Assembly: GCF_000143415.4 (NCBI RefSeq)
Contig: NW_003314359.1
Span: forward strand, 4,610 to 30,607
Reading direction: 5' to 3'
Source of the DNA: Selaginella moellendorffii
Taxonomy: Eukaryota > Plantae > Lycopodiophyta
Length of the DNA: 25,998 bases
Each line of letters opens with the position of its first letter. Within the stretch, counting starts at the first letter, position 1. Below are positions 10,634-20,004 of this stretch, piece by piece. The notes under the pieces are model-generated. The model was not told where the DNA came from and ran no database searches. It saw only the letters and a program-made list of their open reading frames with translations. Made by a program: the position numbers and the translations under genes.

Positions 10634-13525
10634 ATGGCCTCCGCAACTGCGACGCATGTTCCCTTCGTGGATCTTAAGAACCGTGCTACATGGATTCAGG
10701 CAAAGGTGTTTCTAAACAACCCCGAGGGGGAGGTGGTAGCTGAGGGCTTAGCCACAGTTGTCGATCCAAGAGATGCGATTGCTAATCAAGAATTGGGCTG
10801 GGATGATATTGGAGTTGCGATTTTAGAGGTTGTTGACACAGAAGAAAACAGTCTGACTATTGGAAGCATTGTGCGGTGGAAATTGAGGCACTTAGTGTTT
10901 GAGAATGTGAAGGATTCACAATCAAACACCACTACAACTGATGACAGAACATCTCTTCATGGGAAAAGAAAGTACACCTTCCTAAAGTGCAGCCAAAGCG
11001 ATCTGAGCAACGAACCGAAAAAGCAGAAAATGGCGATGGAGGTTCGAATGGTCTCGACAGTTGCTTGTTGCAAGAGGAGGTGCTGTCAACATGCTGATTG
11101 GGATGCTATTGAAGAGGAGAGAGCAAGATACAAGACATTGTCCTGGAAGGCAGCTCGCAATTTTGTGTATGAGGCATTACGGTCATCTGTTGATGCTTCA
11201 GAACATCAGGTGGGGGGCATGGTCTTCCAGAGGGGTTTGGTCTGCATGAAGGCATGGAGAATCATTTATGGAGTCCCTCGAACCACATTCTACAGAATCA
11301 AAACTGAGTTCGAGGAACAAAGGGTTCAACAGGCAGTCCATGGGAACGACAGTACTCACAAAACCAGGGGTCATGTTGTATATGGAGAGGCAATCTTCAA
11401 GAGGTTTGTCAAGACATGTAGCGAGCAGCAACCACATAAAACCCGCCTCTTGGAAGATGGAACACGACACCCAACGAGTTCTCCCTTCCATGTATACCAA
11501 GGGGGCCATATTGGAAGATGTGAATCGGGAACTCTAGAGTAATGGCTACAGGAAGCTGAGCCAATCTAGATTTAGTAGATTGTGGAGCAACAGGTTCAGG
11601 GATGTGAGTATAGGAAAGTACTCCAGGTTTTCAAAGAGTGACGAGTGCACTGCTATCAAAATGGCTTTGTCGAAGAATTCTTGCATCGCTCAAGAGCGAG
11701 AGACATTGTTTAGAAGGCGGCTCGACCACAATATCGAGCAGAGAAGCTGCAGGACTGCATATTATCATAATAGGATTCTCTCCATGGAGAGACTCTTACC
11801 TCTGCATCATCCACGACAAAATGGACCAGAAAAAGACGTGCTTACCTCGACTCAATCCTACCCCCAAGGCAATCTCTTCATCCATGCAGCTGCCTGTGTC
11901 TCTGTTTGGCATAATCGCTCATGGGCATAGTGCCCAGAACTATGGGAACTTCTTTGTACCTCTATGGGGTGGCGGGGGTGCAAACATGATGATTGCATCC
12001 CTAGCAAAACACTTAAGGTCTCTGTAAAGTGCGCAAACTGAGCTGAACGGCCAACCCTTGCATAAGGCCCTTGTCGATCGAACCCCATACAGGGTTCAGC
12101 TGGAGGAGGAGCAAAGGCTTGCAGTATCGCGTGGGGCCCCATGCCATCTCAGTGAATATGTTGGCCGTCAGATTGTAGAGTTATCACGTGAGGCCTCATG
12201 CCATTCTGACGAGGCTGGTCGCCCGGTGAATGCACAGCCTCATCCAAACGAAGCAGAATCTCAAGGAAGTTCTTGCGGCCGATGTGGCCTTCCACCCCAT
12301 CTTCTGCTCCAAACAAACAATGCTGGCAGTGAGAATAAAAACATGTATGTCTTCGCGTACTTGGCGATGCTTGTTGCCAAAGGCATATTTGAAACGGTTA
12401 CACTTGGCTTTCTCATGGTTGGGCACACTCATGAAGATGTTGATGCCATGTTCAGTCACCTGTCAGAGTCCCTCCAGCGATCCAATGTCCTCACCCTCCC
12501 ACAACTCTACGATCAATTCCAAAATTGCATCAAAGGCACTGTTGAAGCTGCACTTGTGACAGAGGTTCCAGACTTTAAGGGGTTTGTAAGAGGCTACATC
12601 AGGGACGGATCTGAAACGCTGATTGGCCACTCCAAGCCTCTTCAATTTAATTTTAGCATGTGTCACAGTGCTCCCGTGATGAGGTACAAGATGAGAGAAT
12701 GGGACACAGTGTGGCTGCCAATGGACGGCATTGAACTCTTCAAGAGAGATCCCATAACTGGGGAACCTATGATTCCTCAGGGTTCCCCACGGCCGATGCA
12801 CCCGGATGGACTCAAAGACCAGGAAAGTATAGTGGCCGGGATTAGACAGCATATTGCCTTCTGGAAGAGGGGGTTGGTGTTTGGTGGAGAATCCTATTTT
12901 CAGAGGTGCAAGCCTTTGATCGAATACTGGGAGAAGATTATATCTGCTATCCAAAATGGGCCGGTTGTATATGAAGAATTGGAAGAGTCCTTTTGGCTAG
13001 AACCCAGAGCACCAGATAGTAGTGGAACAATGTCCTCTGGAAATGCAGTGACAGATAACGATGTTGAGGATCACTATTGTGGGCCGAGGAACAAGAAGCC
13101 AGATTCAGCATTCAATCCAGTACAGGTCTGCAAAGGAATGGTCGTGCTTGTCAGACCCAGTAATAAAAAACAAATGATATGGGTGGGGCGCTGCATCACT
13201 GATGCAGAGGAGGACGCGGAAACTAACTCCTTCAATGTAACTGTGGAGTGGTTCAAGCCAAGTTCCGGATATACGAAGGATTACCTAGAAAAGAGATGGG
13301 TGCTGAATCCAAGGGATCCCAGCATGAGCATATCGGTGGATAATGTTGTGGATGGTTGGATGCGGAAGCAGAGTGCCACCATCACCTTGCCAGACCATGC
13401 AAGAGATGCAGCAAAAGCATTCATAACCCAGGTTCAAGGTGAGATTCATTAATATTCCTTTACTAAGTTTCTAATGTATTTTATTCCAAGGTGAACAATC
13501 CGAATCTGAATCAGAGGAGGCGTGA
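10634..13525 (+). pseudogene. DDD-type transposase, copy 2, further disrupted
   Basis: Same lesions as copy 1, plus a 5-bp deletion at ~11791 and CAA>TAA at 12025-12027. Confidence 0.75.
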
Positions 13526-14251
13526 TGGCATGGCGTGATGGTGTGAGGCATGAGGCGTGACACCAAAAAGGAGGTGTACACTAGCGCTTAGGCTTATAAT
13601 GGCGTGTGCCCTCATGCCATTTACTTGATCACCAAATACCTTTTTCCCTTTGCACTAGTATATCTTAATACCGGTCTGAGAAATAGAATGGCATGTGCCC
13701 TCAGGCCTTTTACTAAATCACCTTTGAAAGAAATGCAAGACTCTATGTCGTAAAAAAAAGGTACTAGAGAAATTCCTTAATAATATGAATGTTATTTAGT
13801 TTCATGAAAATACACTAAGGGTCAAATGAGTTAAATGACTTCTCCAGACTAGCAATGCCTCTTGCTACACCTTCACAATTAGATTTGTTAGAAAAAGATA
13901 ACATTGATTAATATCTAAATGTTCTCACCATTAAGTTATATGTCTGGCTAATAGGAATGACGTTCATCTTGGAAAGCTCACCACACGCTCAATGAACAAA
14001 CAAATAGTGTGTGCGCGCATGCCATCGCTCTTCTTTAGCTTCAGATTCGGCTTGTTCACCTTGACAATGAGATTTATTATACAACCAGATGGACTCAGTC
14101 TGGACACAAAGTCACTGTGCTAGTCACCATGCCCTAGATATGTCTAGCCCCTGGACAAAAAACACATAATTTCACATCATTTTCAAATACTTGAAAATTT
14201 GTACCTAGTCCCATTTTACTGAATAAATCCCACTTTAACGAAATAGAGCTT

Positions 14252-14724
14252 GTCCCCACTAAGTCCCTTTCTGCCCCTGGCCGTGTTTGCCAACACTGCC
14301 ACTGGATTGAGGCCCACAGGCCCGACCACTAAGTCCCACAGTCCTCTGGGACTTCCTCACCACATGACTGTGTCCTTGGTCACTACCCCAGAGGACTGCT
14401 CCTCTTCCTTTCCACAGTCTGGGCTTTTGGGACAACATTTTGGAACACTGTGGCCTTACGCGAGCCACCTGGGTACTCTCCCCGCCTTCCGCCCTTGGGT
14501 GCTCTAGCCATGGGCTTAGAGCGAGGTTCCGTTGAGCCACGCCTGGTATCCAAGTAGGTAGTGCCACCCACACTTGGACTGGGAGCATCGGCTAGTCAAT
14601 CTCCTGGGGGAACTAGAGCCGGCTCTTGAACACTTCACCAAACTACCCCGCTTGTCGGTCCGTGTTCACTCTAGTCTTGGACTTCCCAGTGGTCAGCTCA
14701 TCACTCAACACTGGGTCTAGCCTT
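14252..14724 (-). repeat. 3' LTR of outer element, interrupted by the DNA transposon; right boundary undetermined (at least 14724)
   Basis: Matches 25526-25998. The part matching 25125-25525 is absent here and predicted to lie upstream of the window. Confidence 0.8.
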
Positions 14725-14876
14725 CCTGGGCCAAACTGGCCTTTTCTGGCCAAACTGGCTCCACTGGGCTCCAACCCCCACACTCTCCCTACTATAATTT
14801 TGGAACCCCCCGCAGCCCCCCCCCCCCCTGGGGGACGATCGCTTTGGGCTTTCACCCAACTGCCTGTATTAGTATT

Positions 14877-15700
14877 CGGACTCGGACTCGAACTCGGAAT
14901 CGGACTCGGACTCGGTCTCGGTCCCGGATTCGGACTCAGACGTCTCGGTCTCAGTCTCGGTCTCGGTCCCGGTCTCGGTTCCATCTCGGACTCCATCTCG
15001 GACTCCACCTCGAGTCCATCTCGGACTCCACCTCGGGTCCATCTCGGACTCCATCTTGGGTCCATCTCGGACTCCATCTCGGTCCATCTCGGACTGCATC
15101 TCGGGTCCATCTTGGACTCCATCTCGGACTCCATATCGGACTCCATCTCAGACTCCACTTCGGACTCCATATCGGACTCCACTTCGGACTCCATATCGGA
15201 CTCCACTTCGGGTCCATCTCGGACTCCACATCGGACTCCACTTCGGACTCCATATCGGACTCCACTTCGGACTCCATATCGGACTCCACTTCGTGTCCAT
15301 CTCGGACTCCATATCGGACTCCATCTCGGACTCCATATCGGACTCCACTTCGGACTCCATATCGGACTCCACTTCGGGTCCATCTCGGACTCCACTTCGG
15401 GTCCATCTCGGACTCCATATCGGACTCCACTTCGGACTCCATATCGGACTCCACTTCGGACTCCATATCGGACTCCACTTCGGGTCCATCTCGGACTCCA
15501 TATCGGACTCCACTTCGGACTCCATATCGGACTCCACTTCGGGTCCATCTCGGACTCCATATCGGACTCCATCTCGGACTCCATATCGGACTCCACTTCG
15601 GGTCCATCTCAGACTCCATATCAGACTCCATCTCGGACTCCACTTCGGGTCCATCTCGGACTCCAACTCGGGTCCACCTTGGACTCCATCTCGGACACTT
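14877..15700. repeat. Minisatellite: 6-bp TCGGAC/TCGGTC units grading into 12-bp TCGG(A/G)(C/T)-CCA-type units (TCGGACTCCATA / TCGGACTCCACT / TCGGGTCCATC variants)
   Basis: Read directly. It explains the long low-complexity ORFs on both strands. Confidence 0.95.
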
Positions 15701-16034
15701 CCACGTGTCATGTGTTGGTCCTTTTTGGGTCCCTTTTTGGAGCCTTGCTTATTGCTCGCTTCGTGCTCGCTCCTTAAGCACTTTGTTGGGAGTTCCACTC
15801 CCGCTCTCAACCTTCCAAGTCAGAGCTTTTAGTCCAAACGTGTTACACTCGTTTGGCTTTCACTTCGGCCACTACCACGTGGCACCCTTTTCGGCTCCAT
15901 TTTGGGGCCTAGGGATTTTGTGTCTCACAACTCCACCACCCATAGACGAAGTTCGATGTCCACATCGAACGGTAAACCATTTTATAAAGTAACATCCGTA
16001 TGTGTTACCATTTCCATCCTTGGCACCTAGCCAA

Positions 16035-16165
16035 TATTTGTCAATGGTTTGACATTGAAGGCTCACCATGCCTTCTCTAGATTCGTCAATGGTTTGACAT
16101 TGAAGGCTCATCATGCCTTTTGCATATTCCTCAATGGTTTGACACCAAAGGCTCACCATGCCTTG
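16035..16165. repeat. 45-bp tandem repeat x3
   Basis: TCAATGGTTTGACA..GGCTCA.CATGCCTT at 16041, 16086 and 16131. Confidence 0.85.
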
Positions 16166-17049
16166 CCCATCCTCTAAAGAGGGTAGTCTCTCCAACTTAG
16201 AAATTGATTAGACCACATGTAGTGGTTCTCTCCTTTTATTGGTTTAGTTCTCGCTAAACCTCTTAAAGACCCTTCTCTAAGTCAATCCCACTACTCCTTC
16301 TCGAGTAGTCTTAATTTCCATCTATTGAACGTTTGCACCTTGGAACTTTTACTCTTTTGACTTTTGGAAGTCAATTTCCTAGGTGTCTCCAACACCTTGC
16401 ATTGCACAGATTGTGCAACCCCACTTCCCCATCCTAGGAAGTTTGTTACTTGAGGGCACCATCATCCTCTCTTCTATTTCGTGCCACCTTGGGCAATAAA
16501 TTCCATTTATCATACTTTGTGTTAGGGCTGTCCATGGCCCTATCATTTGGCTACCTCACCGCTCCCTCCTTTGGAGCTTCCACTTTCGCCAAATCGGAGC
16601 AATTCGAAATCCATCCTTGGAAACACACTTCCTTTCCCGCAATTTGTTAGCATCCAACACATTAGTGTTCCTCGCCTAACTTTGTCACTTGGATTCCTTC
16701 CCAGGGATTCCACGGCCCTATCTTGGCTACTCATCTTTTGCTCCTATCCGTTGATTGTTGCACCAAGTAATATCGAATTTCTACCTCCTTCCTTAAGGTA
16801 TTCTTTTGATTCCATAGCAAAGGCTCTGCTTTGCCAAGACTAGGGTGTTCACCCCTAGTAAGTCTCTTTAGCATTTTCTGCTGTGGGCTCTATCCACGGC
16901 CCAACTTTGTGACCCTCCCATGGGTCTTTTTAGAGACAACTTTCCTTGGACACACTATGCCATCGCAATGATATAGCTCATTTCCCTAAGGTGTTTTTCC
17001 CACTTGGTCACCTTGACCAAGCCACACCATCATCAATAGTTCAAATCAA

Positions 17050-19250
17050 CACTTTGAACTAGGAACCTTATTTTTTAACCCAAACAAGGACCCTGTCCTT
17101 ATTTAGCCACAAGATCACCTAGTGATCTCACCTCGGCACCTTAACAGGTTTGCCAATAGGTATTAGGTCTTCCAGACCTTTAACTTGTTAACTACGACCC
17201 CGGGGGCATCCCCCACATTTGGTGGTGTGCCCAAGCCAGCCCTTCCGGCCAAGGGTCCATAGCAACTAAGACTGGGTGTCCCCATGTCATTCACCACGTC
17301 CTTGGTGCCACTTGCACCAAAGTGTTCAAGTTAGATATGCTGAGCCACACTAGGCAATCTAACCATGCATCACGACTCCGAGGCATCCCTCGCTTGGCGG
17401 TGTGCCCAAGCCAGTCTCCACACTGAGAGTCCATGACCACCGAAAAATGAGTGTCCTTATATTCCAAACCATCACCACGCCCTAGTGAGTTGGGACTCGA
17501 ACCCAAGCACTAGAGGGTCGAGACTCGAACCCAACCTCCGTATAAGCATCTATGGACAGCATCACCCAGGATGCCTGGCGTAACTCCCCACACCAGTGCA
17601 CCAACTTATACTCAAAGCGCACTATAGATCAAGAACCTAGTTCCTCCACATTGCCAAGTCCTCTCACTTGACACGTCTATGATCATGCATGGACTCCTCC
17701 ATGCTTGGCCCCATGGCCCACCCTTCTGAAGTTATCACCTTCAGCTAGGGTATTTGTTCCCCCGACTTGCCAATCTCGCTTGGCAAGTCCTCCGACCACT
17801 GTAACATGGTTCCTGCATAAGTGTGAAAGTCCTTGGTCATCGACTTTCATTCAAAGCCCTCTCTTTTAACACTCGGGAACTACTTCCCTAACCCTGATAG
17901 CCTTGCCTCATGGCAAGCTTCAAGACCACGCTTTTGCTGCGCCACTCTGATTTCGCGCGTTCCTTGAACCATTTACACTTGGCCTTTCGAGGTACTAAAC
18001 TACCTAGAATCATCTTTGGGAACCTTAAAAGAACTCTGTCCCTTAGCTTGCTAATGCCTCCCTTTTTGCAAGCTTTCCAATTACCATATAGTCTAACATG
18101 GACAATTCCATATTTTAGACTCTCCATGGCATCATGGTTGCTAGCGGCAACACCCTCAAGCCCCCACTTGATTCTCCACTCCCAGCTGGCATAACCAACC
18201 TTGGTTATGCCCTTTGATTCCTATGGTTCAGTTCTATCCCTTTACTTCTTGCTTTTGGCTTCACACCTTTCCTTCGGTCATTCTCCTCCAGACTAGGAGG
18301 ATAGCTTTGCACTTTCTATCATGCCTTAGCAAATATTCTTAGGGATGAACCTACCCAATATCCTAGGGAGTGGTTCCTCAATCCAGGTATGCTCACTCTA
18401 TAATCCCACACAATGAGATTACATTGTTGCTTACGGGCCTTTACATGCCCATCACTAGCCTTGCCAAAATTCCCTTTTTGGCTTTGCCCAATTCGAGTAG
18501 ACAGTCTTCTCCTGTCTCCGCCACCTTTGGACATTTGGATAGCACCTTCTATCCATCATTCGTTAGGGACTTAGTCCCTTGGGCCTTATTTATTACCCTC
18601 GCGACATCAAACACCACCTCCTAGTGTTCTAGAGTGTTCGGGTGTCCCAATGATGGCTTCTTTGACAATGAGTATTTCCTTTTATAACATTGACTTACTA
18701 TATTGCAACATAAACAACTTATTCCCCATAAGGGTACATCCAACTTCCCTATGCCATTAAGAAGGCTTGGGTAGCTACCTTCTACCCGTTTAACGAATTA
18801 TTTTGCACCTCTTGCTTAGTTGCCTCATAGTTGTCAAGTCCTACAACTCATTGCTGGTGCTTTCACACCTCCATTATTATCTGGGTCACCACACTCCAAC
18901 TGCATGCTCTGCTGCTTAGGCTATGCCATTCCCATTTCCATTGGGATTCCTTTGGCAAGGGGTTCTCATGAACCCACCAACATAGCCTCAAAGTATCACA
19001 CTTTGGCACATTTGGTGTCTCCACACCATCGGCTTCACGAGCTTACTTCTATGACACTTCTTCTTTGTGTCTAAGTCTTTGCCAAGACCAATACCGCTCT
19101 TTCTCATGCCAACCATCTGTTAACACTGCACCATAGAGGTCACACACAACTTTGTGTCAAAGTTGTTTTCTTTTTGGGAACACCTTTCCCACGACTTTAG
19201 CATGGCACATTTTACCATCGATGAGATACCCTCTGTTCTCATCCTTGGAT
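17050..19250 (-). pseudogene. Heavily eroded pol remnants of outer element
   Basis: Minus-strand peptide traces: LPKESQWKWE (~18940, RT connection-like), KEILIVKEAI (~18670, RNase H-like), LRFPKMIL (~18020) and WSEDLP (~17790) (integrase-like), KDRVLVW (~17090). Confidence 0.4.
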
Positions 19251-19271
19251 CCTATGATCCCCCGCCCCCCC

Positions 19272-19610
19272 TGTTAGGATCCTATCCCTTACACCCTAAA
19301 CCAACTGGCTAAAGGGGTGATCACTTGATTGCAGGGCCCTTTCCTTATCCTATTATCCTGACCTGGTGCCTAACAATCCTCCCCCTTGTCAGGGAATGAT
19401 CGTCCGCGATCATACTTAGGCCACCATCCGGTCACCATGGTCCTTTTCTTAGGGTCTACCAAACCTTGGTTCTCCCTCTAGATCCACCATGTTGAATATT
19501 CCTTCAGAATATTCCTGCCCCACTCGTCAGCCACGAGAATCGAACTCGTCTCTGATACCAATGTTAGGATCCTATCCCTTACACCCCTTTAGCCAGTTGG
19601 TTCCTTATCC
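19272..19610 (-). mobile_element. TRIM copy 1 (complete 104-bp 3' LTR, 186-bp internal region, broken 5' LTR)
   Basis: LTR 19272-19375 TGTTAGG...CCTAACA. Minus-strand PPT AAGGGGGAGG at 19387-19378. PBS TGGTATCAGAG at 19560-19550. Second LTR starts at 19562 and is rearranged after ~19587. Confidence 0.9.
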
Positions 19611-19611
19611 C

Positions 19612-19953
19612 TCCGCGAAGCTTACTCGCTTGATTAGTCGTGTTCCAACGAAGGATCCAGATCAGAACAAGTCCTACTTCATTGATGGCCTCCATAGTGA
19701 GAGTATGCGGCAACACTTGCGTCATTCTCAGCCTACAAAGAGTTTGGAGGAGCTCTTTGATGCGGCTCGTCGCCTTGACAATGACAAGCACAAGTTTCGC
19801 AAGCGTTCGCGGAGTCCTTCTGTCGAGAATCGTCGTGATGATCGCCGTGGACACAAGGAGGGGAACAAGCATCACAAGTTGAAGTCGGTGGTGACTACTT
19901 CAGATGCAAAGGGGTCCAAGAAGCGGAAGTTCTTTGTGAAGAATTATAGATAG
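19612..19953 (+). pseudogene. gag: Gag C-terminal fragment (N-terminus deleted; TAG before the zinc knuckle)
   Basis: YFIDGL...LRHSQPTKSLEELFDAARRLD, in frame with CHHCGELRHYKADC (CX2CX4HX4C) right after TAG 19951-19953. Confidence 0.8.
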
Positions 19954-20004
19954 GGTTGTCATCATTGTGGCGAACTTAGACACTACAAGGCTGATTGTCC
20001 GCAG

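Larger units (their letters stand above)
6751..13709. repeat. Dispersed 22-bp palindrome, copy 2 set
   Basis: Copies start at 6751, 6942, 7083, 8112, 8172, 8249, 9675, 9747, 10362, 10460, 10530, 12126, 12183, 13599 and 13688. Confidence 0.9.
6112..14251 (+). mobile_element. DNA-transposon-like element, copy 2 (apparently complete, ~8.14 kb, two divergent genes, no TIR found)
   Basis: Bounded on both sides by LTR sequence (5941-6111 and 14252 onward). Contains the minus-strand spliced gene, the plus-strand DDD transposase gene and the dispersed palindromes. Confidence 0.75.

Noticed and set aside
1359-13709. Palindromic repeats as a CRISPR array
   Set aside because: Spacing is irregular, there are no cas genes, and the context is a spliced eukaryotic TE.
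14251-14260. TGTCCCCACT as the true LTR start
   Set aside because: The other LTR copy extends ~400 bp further to a PBS-adjacent boundary at 25125, so the TG here is a junction coincidence.
18-14422. Tandem duplication as a pure assembly artefact
   Set aside because: The copies differ by substitutions, an indel and a copy-specific interruption, and have a unique junction. Long reads are still needed to exclude haplotype stitching.
14626-15992. Long ORFs (220-383 aa) on both strands
   Set aside because: They are translations of the stop-free 12-bp minisatellite.
19489-19611. N-terminus of the 154-aa ORF as real Gag
   Set aside because: It is read from antisense TRIM and filler sequence fused by chance to gag.
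19951-19953. Programmed gag-pol stop readthrough
   Set aside because: The stop precedes the zinc knuckle and lacks a CARYYA-type context. A CAG>TAG mutation fits the other transition lesions in this copy.
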